Positions 8,993 through 17,839 of a stretch of 64,000 nucleotides of DNA are shown here, in pieces. The notes under the pieces were generated by a model. It ran no database searches. It worked only from the letters and a program-made list of their open reading frames with translations, and was not told the origin of the DNA. The stretch's first letter is position 1. The number at the start of each line of letters is the position of its first letter. Made by a program: the position numbers and the translations under genes. The stretch lies in assembly GCA_963762255.1 (NCBI GenBank), contig CAVXKA010000002.1, positions 912,628-976,627 of the forward strand. The letters are read 5' to 3'. Source of the DNA: Candidatus Eiseniibacteriota bacterium (GTDB lineage: Bacteria > Eisenbacteria > RBG-16-71-46 > JABDJR01).

Positions 8993-9880
8993 ATGAGGTC
9001 TCGCGCGATCGCGTTGGTCTTGTTGTTGGCGGCTTGGATTCCCGGCGTTGCGGGGGCCTGGGAGTACCCCGTCACCCCCGGCGATCTCACTCCCCCGCTC
9101 GAGTTCGTGAAGATGACCATCGTCACGCCGGACTCCGCGAGGCTCGCCACCTGGTACGTGCCGGCGCAGGACAGCGCGGGGGCGGTGCTCCCCGGTCGCC
9201 ATCCCGGCGTGCTGGTCCTGCCCGGGGACCGCGACGTAATGGACGAGCGGCTGCACGTCGTTTCGGGACTCGCCCGCCGAGGCTTCTCGGTGCTCACCTT
9301 CGACCACCGCGGGCGCGGCGGCAGCAGCGACTTCTTCATCGACCGCCGCGCGCTCCTCTATCCGGAGTTTCTCGAGGACGCTCACTCCGCGCTCTTCATC
9401 CTGCGGCGCCAGGCCGAAGTGGATACGACGCAGCTCGCTCTCTACGGGGAATCGCGGGGCGCCTACCTCGCGCTGGCCCTGGCCGGCGAGCGACCGGAGA
9501 CGCGCGCGGTGGCCGCGATTTCACCCCCGTTCAGTTTCGCCACTTGGCTTCCGGTGCTGGAGCGCGAGGAGCCGGGCGAGACGTACTTCGTGCCCGACGG
9601 ATGGAAACGAAAGTGGGATGCCGACAAGGCGGTGGATCGCTTCAACGGCGCGATCCTGTTCGTTGCCGGCGATCGCGATCTCACGACGCCGGCCTGGATG
9701 GCCGAGGATCTCTTCAAGCGGTATCCGCGGAGCAAGGACCTCTGGATCGTGGAAGGCGCCGGGCACGCCGGGCCGCAGAGCCCGTCGCGCTTCGCGGGCG
9801 AACGCTTCTTCGGGCGCGTGAGCGAGTTCCTGCACCGCGAGCTGGAGCGCCCGCCCCATCGGGGGTGGCCGGAGCGGTGA
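8993..9880 (+). CDS. Secreted alpha/beta hydrolase (dienelactone hydrolase/S9-like)
   Basis: Signal peptide MRSRAIALVLLLAAWIPGVAGA. Nucleophile elbow YGESRGAY (GxSxG). Convergent with the BMC operon. Confidence 0.65.
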   Translation: MRSRAIALVLLLAAWIPGVAGAWEYPVTPGDLTPPLEFVKMTIVTPDSARLATWYVPAQDSAGAVLPGRHPGVLVLPGDRDVMDERLHVVSGLARRGFSVLTFDHRGRGGSSDFFIDRRALLYPEFLEDAHSALFILRRQAEVDTTQLALYGESRGAYLALALAGERPETRAVAAISPPFSFATWLPVLEREEPGETYFVPDGWKRKWDADKAVDRFNGAILFVAGDRDLTTPAWMAEDLFKRYPRSKDLWIVEGAGHAGPQSPSRFAGERFFGRVSEFLHRELERPPHRGWPER

Positions 9881-9929
9881 CGGAGCGCAGCCGGCCGAAA
9901 TCTTGGCCGGGCCTTCCCTGGATCCAGGG

Positions 9930-10397
9930 TCAGGGCGCGAGCAGGCGGCGAAGCAACCGAATCTGTCCGGCGTGGTAGGTCAGATGGGTCAGGAGCCGAA
10001 GGATGTAGGCCTGCACGGTGGCGCCGCCGGGCCATCCCTCCGCCGGCGCGGGCCCACCGAGGGCTCGCGGGTCCATCGTGAGGACCGCGGTCCGCGTCTC
10101 GACGCACGCTTCGTCCCACATCGCGAGCACATCCGCCTTCGACGCCCAGGGCTCGGCGGCGAACTCGCGATCGCGTTCGCGCGCGTAGTCGCTGCCGTAG
10201 AGAAGATGGCCGAAGAAGTGCCGGAGGTTGCCGACGAGATGGAGCGCGAGGTTGCCCGGCGAGACCGCGCCCGGCACCGGGCGCTCCCAGAGACGCGCCT
10301 CGGGGACCGCCTCCAGGTCCTCACGCACCGAGACGTGGTAGCGCTCCACCAGATCGGCGACGGTGTTGAGGAACTCCTGCTCCTGGCTCTCGACCAT
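9930..10397 (-). CDS. DinB/DUF664-family (DinB_2-like) four-helix-bundle protein, last gene of the BMC operon
   Basis: 155 aa from MVESQEQEFLNTVADLVERYH.... HxxxH-type DinB motifs (LALHLVGNLRHFFGHLL; THLTYHAGQI). The start lies 1 nt after the stop of the upstream BMC-P gene. Confidence 0.6.
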   Translation of the reverse strand: MVESQEQEFLNTVADLVERYHVSVREDLEAVPEARLWERPVPGAVSPGNLALHLVGNLRHFFGHLLYGSDYARERDREFAAEPWASKADVLAMWDEACVETRTAVLTMDPRALGGPAPAEGWPGGATVQAYILRLLTHLTYHAGQIRLLRRLLAP

Positions 10398-10398
10398 G

Positions 10399-10671
10399 TC
10401 AGATCCCCATGTGGACTTCGTCCACGACGCCAACGATGACGGCCCGCACCGGCGCGTTCGGGTCACCGACCACCTGGCGGGCGGAGTTGCCCTCGTCGAT
10501 CAGGAGCACCAGCTCGCCGGCGCCCGCGTCGACGGAGTCGAGCGCGATCACGTAGCGCCCGTCCGGCGCGAGCTTCTCGTCCAGGCGATCCACCAGCAGC
10601 ATGCGTCGCCCCTGATAGAACGGGTGCTGGATCGTGGAGACGACGGTGCCGGTTACTCTGCCGAGGAACAT
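10399..10671 (-). CDS. BMC vertex protein (BMC-P, EutN/CcmL/PduN family), copy 1
   Basis: 91 aa. MFLGRVTGTVVSTIQHPFYQGRRMLLVD...AGAGELVLLIDEGNSARQVVG...VRAVIVGVVDEVHMGI, a canonical EutN/CcmL fold sequence. Confidence 0.8.
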   Translation of the reverse strand: MFLGRVTGTVVSTIQHPFYQGRRMLLVDRLDEKLAPDGRYVIALDSVDAGAGELVLLIDEGNSARQVVGDPNAPVRAVIVGVVDEVHMGI

Positions 10672-10709
10672 CGCGAGGTCCCTCCGTCCGGCGACGCGAA
10701 CACGTTCAC

Positions 10710-10979
10710 CTACTGGTCGCTCACGTCGTCGGCGATGCCGACGATGGCGTGGTCCACGGGCACGAAGGTCTCGGGCAACGCCATCGCGGCCTCGCGCCCG
10801 CCGATGAAATAGACGAGCTCGCCGGGACCGGCCTGCCCGGTGGCGTCGGCGCACACCAGCGGATCGCCCGCGCTCTTCATCTTGCGGTCGAGCGGCTCCA
10901 CCATCAGGAGCTTCACCCCTTCGAGCCCTTCGCTCTTGACCGTCGCCACCAGCGTGCCGCGCACCCGCCCGAGTTGCAT
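10710..10979 (-). CDS. BMC vertex protein (BMC-P), copy 2
   Basis: 89 aa. MQLGRVRGTLVATVKSEGLEGVKLLMVEPLD...GELVYFIGGREAAMA.... Its ATG overlaps the stop of the upstream BMC-T (ATGA). Confidence 0.8.
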   Translation of the reverse strand: MQLGRVRGTLVATVKSEGLEGVKLLMVEPLDRKMKSAGDPLVCADATGQAGPGELVYFIGGREAAMALPETFVPVDHAIVGIADDVSDQ

Positions 10980-11605
10980 CAGCCTTCGCCCTGGTTCCAC
11001 TGGGCCGCGAAACGCGTCCCGCCGAAGATGTTCTCGGCCAGTTCGGTATGGAGCCGCGGAATCACAACTTTCTGCACGAGGTTGCCGCTCTCGATCGCGG
11101 AAACGCCGAATTCCACCGCGGCCTCCACGTCGGCCTGCTCGCCGGCAAAGAGCAGAAGCGCCTTCCCGCCCAGACCGTTGGCGAGACGAAGCTCCACCAG
11201 CGCCACCTGCGCCCCCTTCATACCGGCATCGGCGGCGCGGATCGCGCTCACCGTGGTGCGCGTCTCGATCACGCCGAGCGTGTCGATGGGATCCTTCGAG
11301 CGCTGACCGGCGATGGCGTTGCCCACTGCGGGGTGGATGTCGGGAAGGAACAGGCGATCGATGAGCGCGGGCGCGCCCGCCTCCACTCCGGCAGCGAGCG
11401 ATTCCTCGACGCTGGCCACGTCGCCGTCCACCAGCACCAGGTACTTGCCCGGATGAACGCTCCCCGCCACCAGCGCCCGCACCGGCGCCTTCTTCACCAT
11501 CGCGTCGGCCGCTCGCATGCCGAGCGCGATGCTCGAGAACTCGAGGAGTCCGAGCGCGGGCACAGTCACCCCGGGAGCGAGGTCGGCGGCTTCGATCGAG
11601 TCCAT
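10979..11605 (-). CDS. BMC-T shell protein (tandem BMC-domain pseudohexamer)
   Basis: 208 aa with two BMC domains (ALGLLEFSSIALGMRAADAMVKKAPV... and TLGVIETRTTVSAIRAADAGMKGAQVALVE...). Confidence 0.75.
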   Translation of the reverse strand: MDSIEAADLAPGVTVPALGLLEFSSIALGMRAADAMVKKAPVRALVAGSVHPGKYLVLVDGDVASVEESLAAGVEAGAPALIDRLFLPDIHPAVGNAIAGQRSKDPIDTLGVIETRTTVSAIRAADAGMKGAQVALVELRLANGLGGKALLLFAGEQADVEAAVEFGVSAIESGNLVQKVVIPRLHTELAENIFGGTRFAAQWNQGEG

Positions 11606-11615
11606 CGTCCCTTTC

Positions 11616-13052
11616 CTACACGATCCGGAAGCGGTCCACGAGGACGCACCGCCGCCAGCGGGTGAAACTGCGAGCGCGGGTCATTCCCTCGCCGGTGGGG
11701 CTCGCGATCGAGAACGAGGTGAACCCCTCGCCGCCCGCGCCCAGCCCGGCCAGCGACGAGCCGTTCTTGACGAAGATCGAGCAGTCCATGACCCGGGCCA
11801 TGCGGCTCAGGGCATCCACGTTCCGCGAGTGCATGACCGCGGTGTGGCGGAAGCCGTGCTCGGCGGCCTTGGCCAGATCGATAGCCGCGTTCACGTCGCG
11901 CACGCGCACCAGCGGCATGACCGGCATCATCTGCTCGGTCCAGACCAGCGGATGATCCTCGGGGACTTCCACCAGGATCATGCGCACGTCGTCGCCCACC
12001 GTGATCCCCATCTCCTTGAGAATGACGGCGGGGATCTTTCCGATGAAGTTCTTGTTGATCACGCCGTGCTGGCGCGGCCCGCGCATCTCGGTGAAGATCG
12101 TCTTCTCGAGCTTCCCGAGCTGCCAGGCGGTGAGTTCCACCGCGCCGGCGGCGATCATCGCCTTCTTCAGGCGATCCGCCACCGCGTCCACGCAGATCAC
12201 TTCCTTCTCCGTGGTGCAGACGATCTGGTTGTCGAAGGATCCGCCTTTGACGATGTCGCGACCGGCGCGCTCGAAGTCGGCGGTCTCGTCCACCACCACC
12301 GGCGGATTACCAGGGCCCGCGCAGATGGCGCGCTTGCCGCTGCCCATCGCCTCTTTCACCACGCCGGGACCGCCGGTGACGACCAGCAGGTTGACCAGCT
12401 TGTGGCGCATGAGTTCCTGCGCGCTCTCGATCGTGGGATTGGCCACACACGTGACGAGGTTGGGCGGCCCGCCCGCGGCGGTGATCGCCTGATTGATGAG
12501 CTGCACCGTCTTGGCCGAGCAGTTCTTGGCGTTGGGATGGGCGTTGAAGACGGCCGCGTTCCCCGCCGAGAGCATCCCGATCGCGTTGTTGATGATGGTG
12601 GCGGTGGGGTTGGTGGTCGGTGTGATCGCGCCCACCACGCCGAAGGGCGCAAGCTCCAGAAGCGTGAGCCCGTGGTCGCCGGTGGTGACCAGTGGTTCGA
12701 GATCCTCGGGCCCCGGGCTCTTGTTGATGACGAGAAGGTTCTTCTCGACCTTGTCCTCGTAGCGGCCGAGCCCGGTCTCCTCGCGCGCCATCCAGGAGAG
12801 CAGCTCCGCGTTGTGACGCAGCACGACCCGCATCTGGGCGATGATGTCGTAGCGCAGGGCGAGGCTCGACTCACAAAGCAAGCGCTGCGCTTCCTTGGCC
12901 GCGGTGACCGCGCTCTCCACGCCGGCGAAGATGCCGTCGCTCCCGGGCGCCGGGGGCGGCGGGAGCGGCTTCCCCTCGGGGGTGTGGCCCGACTTCATCG
13001 AGCCCAACACATCCTGCACCGTGCGGCTGATCTCCTCGCGGGAGATGCTCAT
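11616..13052 (-). CDS. CoA-acylating aldehyde dehydrogenase (PduP/EutE-like metabolosome signature enzyme) with an N-terminal encapsulation-peptide-like helix
   Basis: 478 aa. ALDH fold with a catalytic Cys region (...NQIVCTTEKEVI...) and PduP/EutE-like layout. The N-terminus ISREEISRTVQDVLGSM (amphipathic) is followed by a Pro-rich linker GKPLPPPPAPGSDG. Confidence 0.8.
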   Translation of the reverse strand: MSISREEISRTVQDVLGSMKSGHTPEGKPLPPPPAPGSDGIFAGVESAVTAAKEAQRLLCESSLALRYDIIAQMRVVLRHNAELLSWMAREETGLGRYEDKVEKNLLVINKSPGPEDLEPLVTTGDHGLTLLELAPFGVVGAITPTTNPTATIINNAIGMLSAGNAAVFNAHPNAKNCSAKTVQLINQAITAAGGPPNLVTCVANPTIESAQELMRHKLVNLLVVTGGPGVVKEAMGSGKRAICAGPGNPPVVVDETADFERAGRDIVKGGSFDNQIVCTTEKEVICVDAVADRLKKAMIAAGAVELTAWQLGKLEKTIFTEMRGPRQHGVINKNFIGKIPAVILKEMGITVGDDVRMILVEVPEDHPLVWTEQMMPVMPLVRVRDVNAAIDLAKAAEHGFRHTAVMHSRNVDALSRMARVMDCSIFVKNGSSLAGLGAGGEGFTSFSIASPTGEGMTRARSFTRWRRCVLVDRFRIV

Positions 13053-13067
13053 CCGCCTCTCCTTCCC

Positions 13068-13364
13068 TTACTCATTCGACTTGTCGTAGACACGGCGATC
13101 GTCCAGCTCCCAGGTGTCCACGATCGCCATCACGACGGCGTCGCAGGGACGGTCCTTGGTGGACTGGGTCTGGCGCGCACTGGAGCCGGTGGCGAAGAGG
13201 ACGACTTCGCCGACCCCCGCCCCCACTGCATCGCTCGCCACCACGAAGCTGCCGGTCTCCTTGGCTTCCGCGGTGAGCTGGCGCAGGAGCAGGAACTTGA
13301 GTCCCTCCATGCTCTCTTCCTTGCGCGAGGCCACCACGGTGCCGACCACCCGGGCCAGTAGCAT
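13068..13364 (-). CDS. BMC vertex protein (BMC-P), copy 3
   Basis: 98 aa. [30 protein letters not shown]...[14 protein letters not shown].... Confidence 0.8.
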   Translation of the reverse strand: MLLARVVGTVVASRKEESMEGLKFLLLRQLTAEAKETGSFVVASDAVGAGVGEVVLFATGSSARQTQSTKDRPCDAVVMAIVDTWELDDRRVYDKSNE

Positions 13365-13421
13365 GAGCTTTCCTCCGCGGACGGGGCCGGGACGCGTGCC
13401 CCGACCCCGTTCGGAAGTGCG

Positions 13422-13733
13422 TTACTTGCCGCCCATCTCGGCGCGGGCTTCCTTGCTCCGGCCGAGAGGCAGCGCGATGTCCACGTTGACGTGCGGCCGC
13501 GGAATGGTGTGCGTGCTCACCACCTCGCCCACCTTCTCCGCCCCACGCTTGCCGGCATCCACCGCCGCTTTCACCGCGGCCACGTCGCCGCGGACGATGA
13601 CCGTCACATAGCCCCCGCCGATCTTCTCGTAGGCGACCAACTCCACCTTCGCCGCCTTCACCATGGCGTCGGCGGCTTCCACCGTCGCGGCGAATCCGCG
13701 GGTTTCGATCATGCCCAGCGCTTCTGCCATCAC
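13422..13733 (-). CDS. BMC-H hexamer shell protein (PduA/EutM-like)
   Basis: 103 aa. [81 protein letters not shown], a near-canonical Pfam00936 sequence. Confidence 0.9.
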   Translation of the reverse strand: MMAEALGMIETRGFAATVEAADAMVKAAKVELVAYEKIGGGYVTVIVRGDVAAVKAAVDAGKRGAEKVGEVVSTHTIPRPHVNVDIALPLGRSKEARAEMGGK

Positions 13734-13824
13734 GTCCTCCGTTGCTTCGGGTTATGCGGCCGGGGAGGCGCCTTCGTCGGGCTTCACGGCCCGCGCGTGC
13801 CCCGTCCGGTCTTCTGAAATCGTT

Positions 13825-14454
13825 CTAGGACTCCCGCCCGGTCAACTCCGCGATCGCGGCCTCGGCGGCGCGGTACCCGACGTCGATGTCGCGCTCCTCA
13901 CCGCCGAGATAGATGCGGCCGAACGAACCGAACGCGCGCACATCGAGAATGTTGATGTGCGCCGCCTTCTCCGCCTCGTTGGCGGCGAGCGCCGCGTAGG
14001 CCGCGGGCTCCAGCTCCATGACGTATAGGCTATGCCCCGGCACCAGCATGTTGCCGTGGCGCATCCGGTTGATGAGCTGGGCCTGGAGCGGATCCACGAG
14101 GCGGATCACCTGGCTCGAGAGGACGCGCGGCTTGCGCCGGTCGCTCTCGGTGAGACCGCACGCATCGAGGATCGCCTGCCCCGCCTGGCGCACTTCGCCC
14201 TGCGATTCGGAGTGAACCTCGAGAAGGCCGTACAGGCGCTCGACGATCTGCATGCCGGGAAAAACGTTGGTGCTCTTCACCGCGATGTCGGTGATGCGGT
14301 TGATCTCGATGCCGGGTGAGATCTCCACGTACAGGCACGCTTGGCCGGGCAGCGGCAGGAACCCTCCCGCCACCGTGCCCAGGAACGCCGCGTGCTGCGG
14401 CTGCAAGCTGTCGAGAAACACGTAGGAGCGCAGGTCGATCTGCGTTTTCGCCAT
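13825..14454 (-). CDS. BMC-T shell protein, permuted tandem type (PduB/EutL-like)
   Basis: 209 aa from [31 protein letters not shown].... Two permuted BMC repeats. The ATG overlaps the deoC stop (ATGA). The track ORF N-terminus up to 15306 is Arg-rich junk. Confidence 0.7.
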   Translation of the reverse strand: MAKTQIDLRSYVFLDSLQPQHAAFLGTVAGGFLPLPGQACLYVEISPGIEINRITDIAVKSTNVFPGMQIVERLYGLLEVHSESQGEVRQAGQAILDACGLTESDRRKPRVLSSQVIRLVDPLQAQLINRMRHGNMLVPGHSLYVMELEPAAYAALAANEAEKAAHINILDVRAFGSFGRIYLGGEERDIDVGYRAAEAAIAELTGRES

Positions 14455-15488
14455 CAGTAAGGACCTTTCGTTTGCGGGGAGTCGACGGCCTCGCCGCGCG
14501 ACTCCTTCACGATGCGCACCCCCGCCGAGGCGCCGATGCGGGTCGCCCCCGCCTCGATCATCCCCAGCGCATCGGCATAGCTCCGAATGCCGCCCGCGGC
14601 CTTCACCCCCATTTCGGGGCCCACCGTGGCGCGCATGATGGCCACGTCGCGGATGGTCGCCCCCCCTGAGGCGAATCCGGTGGAGGTCTTCACGAAATCC
14701 GCGCGCGCGCGCTTGGCGAGAAGGCAGGCCACGACCTTTTCCTCGTCGGTGAGGAGGGCGGCTTCGATGATCACCTTCACGATCACGTTCGATTCGTGGC
14801 AGGCGGCGGTGACCTCGGCGATGTCTTCCTCCACCAGATCGTAGTTCCCGCTCTTGAGCGCGCCCACGTTGATGACCATGTCCACCTCGCGCGCGCCCTC
14901 GCGGATCGCCTTGCGCGACTCGAAAGCCTTGGTGGCGGGAGTGGTGGCGCCGAGCGGGAAGCCGACCACGGTGCAGACCTTGGCGTCGCTCCCTCGCAAG
15001 AGCTGCGCGCAGAGTCGCACGAAGCTTGGGTTGACGCACACCGAGGCGAAGTGGTTGCGCGCCGCTTCCTCGCAGAGCTTCTGAATCTCCGCTTCGGTGG
15101 CGTCGGGCTTGAGCATGGTGTGGTCGATGTAGCTGGCGATGTCGTGGGCCACCGCGCCGCTTCCGCCGCCGGAGCCGATACGCGACGCGCCGGCGGCCAC
15201 AAAGCTTCGCACCGTCTCCGGGCTGCGCTGCGCGGGGTTCGTGCTGCGCGCGCGGTCTTCGGAGTCTGCGGAGCTGGCGTGACGGATGGCGGGTCGCTCG
15301 TAGCACGGCTCGTAGGAGCGGCGGTAGGCCTCGGTGACCGCGGGGCCCTTGGGTGCCGACCCGGCGGGCGAGGACGGCTTGCTTGCTGCAGGCGCTTCCG
15401 CCGTTGGCGGCGCCGCGGCGGCCGGCCCCTGCAGCCGGGCCAGCACCTCGCGGGTGATCCGCTCGATGAGGGCATCGCGCTCGTTCAT
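14454..15488 (-). CDS. deoC: Deoxyribose-phosphate aldolase with an N-terminal encapsulation peptide and long Ala/Pro/Ser linker
   Basis: 344 aa from [22 protein letters not shown] (amphipathic helix), then an ~80-aa low-complexity linker ([28 protein letters not shown]...). The DeoC TIM-barrel follows: ...[15 protein letters not shown]...VCVNPSFV...[10 protein letters not shown]...FVKTSTGF...[21 protein letters not shown]. The ATG overlaps the rpiB stop. Confidence 0.85.
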   Translation of the reverse strand: MNERDALIERITREVLARLQGPAAAAPPTAEAPAASKPSSPAGSAPKGPAVTEAYRRSYEPCYERPAIRHASSADSEDRARSTNPAQRSPETVRSFVAAGASRIGSGGGSGAVAHDIASYIDHTMLKPDATEAEIQKLCEEAARNHFASVCVNPSFVRLCAQLLRGSDAKVCTVVGFPLGATTPATKAFESRKAIREGAREVDMVINVGALKSGNYDLVEEDIAEVTAACHESNVIVKVIIEAALLTDEEKVVACLLAKRARADFVKTSTGFASGGATIRDVAIMRATVGPEMGVKAAGGIRSYADALGMIEAGATRIGASAGVRIVKESRGEAVDSPQTKGPY

Positions 15489-16045
15489 CGCGCTCCCGCT
15501 CCCGCCCCGTCCAGGGCGTCGATCTTGGCCACCCGCTTCAAGTGGCGCTCTTCCGTGCAGGCGGTCGCAAGAAAGGTCTTCACGATCGCGCGGGCGAGCA
15601 CGACGCCGATCAATCCCGCTCCCAGCGTGACCACGTTGGCGTTGTTGTGCTCGCGCGCGTTGGCGGCGGTGGAGAGGTCGTAGCAGAGCGCGGCCCGCGC
15701 GCCCGGAATCTTGTTGGCGGCCATGCAGGATCCGATGCCGGCGCCGTCGATCATGATCCCGAACTCGGCGCGCCCATCGACGACCGCGCGCGCGACCGCC
15801 GCCGCGAAGTCGGGATAGTCCACCGCGTCGGTGGAGTGCGTGCCGAGGTCGACCGGTTCCCACCCGATCGTCGGGAGGAATCGCTTGAGATCTTCCTTGA
15901 GCGGAAAGCCGCCGTGGTCGGCGCCGATCGCCACTCGGCGCGCCGCGACCGCACCGGGATTCGCGAGCGATGCGTCGACGACGCGCTCCACCACCGTGCG
16001 CACGAGATTCTCAAGCTCTCGATCGTGCAAGCCGCCGTCCTCCAT
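15485..16045 (-). CDS. rpiB: Ribose-5-phosphate isomerase B with an N-terminal encapsulation-peptide-like extension
   Basis: 186 aa. About 35-aa extension ([20 protein letters not shown]) before the RpiB/LacAB core [16 protein letters not shown]...[23 protein letters not shown].... Confidence 0.8.
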   Translation of the reverse strand: MEDGGLHDRELENLVRTVVERVVDASLANPGAVAARRVAIGADHGGFPLKEDLKRFLPTIGWEPVDLGTHSTDAVDYPDFAAAVARAVVDGRAEFGIMIDGAGIGSCMAANKIPGARAALCYDLSTAANAREHNNANVVTLGAGLIGVVLARAIVKTFLATACTEERHLKRVAKIDALDGAGAGAR

Positions 16046-16060
16046 TCGCTTCGAGCCGCC

Positions 16061-16089
16061 TTGCCTCGAAGTCGGGGCGCGATGATACT
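16061..16089 (+). promoter_or_regulatory. Candidate sigma70-like promoter for tag in the 79-nt divergent intergenic region (TTGCCT-N17-GATACT). The BMC operon promoter must also lie in this gap.
   Basis: It is the only intergenic gap between the divergently transcribed rpiB (BMC operon) and tag. A GGAGGAA RBS lies 2-3 nt before the tag ATG. Confidence 0.25.
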
Positions 16090-16124
16090 ACGGGCCCCCG
16101 GAGGCGTCCACACACGGAGGAAGC

Positions 16125-16697
16125 ATGGCCGACAAGACGCGCTGCGCATGGGCGGGCACCGATCCCCTCTACGTGGCTTACCACGATCACGAGTGGGGCG
16201 TGCCCGAGCACGACGATCGCGCGCTCTTCGAGAAGCTCCTGCTGGACGGGTTCCAGGCCGGCCTGGCCTGGATCACGATCCTGCGCAAGCGCGAGAACTT
16301 TCGGCGGGCCTTCGACGGGTTCGACCCGGAGAAGATCGCCCGCTACCGCGCGGCGAAGATCGAATCGCTGCTCGCGGATCCCGGTATCGTGCGCAACCGG
16401 CAGAAGGTAGCGGCCTCGGTGGGCAATGCGCGGGCCTACATCGAGCTGAGGAAGGAAGCCGGGAGTTTCGACCGGTATCTGTGGAGCTTCGTGGGGGGGA
16501 AGCCGATAATGAACGCGTACCGGACGATGGCGGAATTGCCGGCGCGGTCGGCGGAATCCGAAGCGATGAGCCGCGATCTCGTGCGTCGGGGGTTTCGATT
16601 CGTGGGCCCCACCATCTGCTACGCGTTCATGCAGGCGGTGGGGATGACGCACGATCACCTCGTCGACTGCTTCCGGTACGGAAAGCTCAAGCCATGA
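16125..16697 (+). CDS. tag: DNA-3-methyladenine glycosylase I
   Basis: 190 aa. ...DPLYVAYHDHEWGVPEHDDRALFEKLLLDGFQAGLAW...VGPTICYAFMQAVGM..., Zn-finger Tag signature residues. Confidence 0.85.
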   Translation: MADKTRCAWAGTDPLYVAYHDHEWGVPEHDDRALFEKLLLDGFQAGLAWITILRKRENFRRAFDGFDPEKIARYRAAKIESLLADPGIVRNRQKVAASVGNARAYIELRKEAGSFDRYLWSFVGGKPIMNAYRTMAELPARSAESEAMSRDLVRRGFRFVGPTICYAFMQAVGMTHDHLVDCFRYGKLKP

Positions 16698-17098
16698 CCT
16701 CGTTGCGCCGCAACAAGAACTGGATCCTCGTCGCCGTCGCGGTGGCGGTGCCCGTGCTCGTGATCGTGGGGCTGCGGGTGGCCGCCCGCGTCGAGGAGTG
16801 GCCCGTCTCCCTCGGCGCCAACACCGTAGAGCAGGTCAAGGGACAACCGCTGACGCTCTACTCCTGCGACAACATCCCCAAGCTCTCGGGCACGCCGTGT
16901 CATGAACAGGGCAGCGCCGACTTCATGATGGTGGTGCTCCACGACAAGCCTGCGGGCGCGGCGTCGGTGCGCGTCCCCGACCCCGGCGCCGGCATCCCCG
17001 CGCGCACGCTCGAGCTTCGTTTCATCGGCGGAACGGTCTGGGTCAAGGTCGAGGCGAGCGATCTGCAAGGATGGATCGAGCGCGGCTACACGCGCTGA
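16694..17098 (+). CDS. Hypothetical membrane-anchored protein
   Basis: 134 aa. MTSLRRNKNWILVAVAVAVPVLVIVGLRV... has a single N-terminal TM helix. It overlaps the tag stop by 4 nt. Confidence 0.45.
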   Translation: MTSLRRNKNWILVAVAVAVPVLVIVGLRVAARVEEWPVSLGANTVEQVKGQPLTLYSCDNIPKLSGTPCHEQGSADFMMVVLHDKPAGAASVRVPDPGAGIPARTLELRFIGGTVWVKVEASDLQGWIERGYTR

Positions 17099-17154
17099 AT
17101 CGCGCGGCAACAACCGCCGCGTGACATCCGCCCGCTTCGGTTCCGTCGCCCCCG

Positions 17155-17823
17155 CTACTCGGCCTTCACGAACCTCACCATCCCGGTCTTCAGGTCTTCG
17201 CTGGCGGGGCTCGGGCCGAACCAGATGGCGAAGAGGGCCCGCGCGAACGCAGGATCGGCGATGGGCGCGCAGGGGCGACCCGGCATCATCACGTAGAGCC
17301 CCATGCCCGGCATCCAGGTGATCTCGATCGTCTGACCGTCCTTGACGCCGGCGTCGGTGAAGAAGCCGAGGAAGGCCGCCTTCGCTTTCTCCAGGTCCGG
17401 CGTCATCGCATCCGCGGGAAGAGTCTTTGCGAACCCCTCCTCATAGGTCTCGCGGATCTTTCCGCCGTCCACGTCCCGCAGGAAGTGCATCTCGACCCGC
17501 TTCGCGAAGTTTCCGTTGATCAACGCGGCAAAGGGATCGGCACCGAGCGGCGCGTTCTCGTCCGCATAGAGCACACCCTCGTACACCTTGAACATGAGCT
17601 TCTTGCGCAGGCCGGAACCGAGCGCCTTCAAGGTGACCGTCTCCCCCGCCGCCTTGATCGCGATCTTCTCGGGGAACTTCTTATCCGTGCCCTTTCCCTT
17701 GAAGGTCTCCGTGCCCGCGGGGGACACGTTGAGGATCTGCGGGATCGCGCCTTGGGCGCGCACGAGGACCGCAGCGAAGATCGTGAGGACCAGGGCGAGG
17801 AGAGCCATGCGGGCGAGCTTCAT
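17155..17823 (-). CDS. Secreted chalcone-isomerase-like (Chalcone_3 family) protein
   Basis: 222 aa. Signal peptide MKLARMALLALVLTIFAAVLVRAQG. Chalcone-isomerase-like fold features (FKVYEGVLYADE..., LFAIWFG). Confidence 0.5.
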   Translation of the reverse strand: MKLARMALLALVLTIFAAVLVRAQGAIPQILNVSPAGTETFKGKGTDKKFPEKIAIKAAGETVTLKALGSGLRKKLMFKVYEGVLYADENAPLGADPFAALINGNFAKRVEMHFLRDVDGGKIRETYEEGFAKTLPADAMTPDLEKAKAAFLGFFTDAGVKDGQTIEITWMPGMGLYVMMPGRPCAPIADPAFARALFAIWFGPSPASEDLKTGMVRFVKAE

Positions 17824-17839
17824 CGTTCACCTCCGGAGG

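Noticed and set aside
13825-15306. The track shows single long ORFs (493 aa at 13825..15306; 469 aa at 14454..15863; 908 aa at 17840..20566; 780 aa at 54449..56791; 720 aa at 24367..26529; 694 aa at 6873..8957) that could be read as giant fusion proteins.
   Set aside because: Their N-terminal halves are Arg-rich junk that overlaps the upstream gene in another frame. The conserved domains begin at internal Met/GTG codons that sit in ATGA/GTGA overlaps with the upstream stop, so the shorter genes are real.
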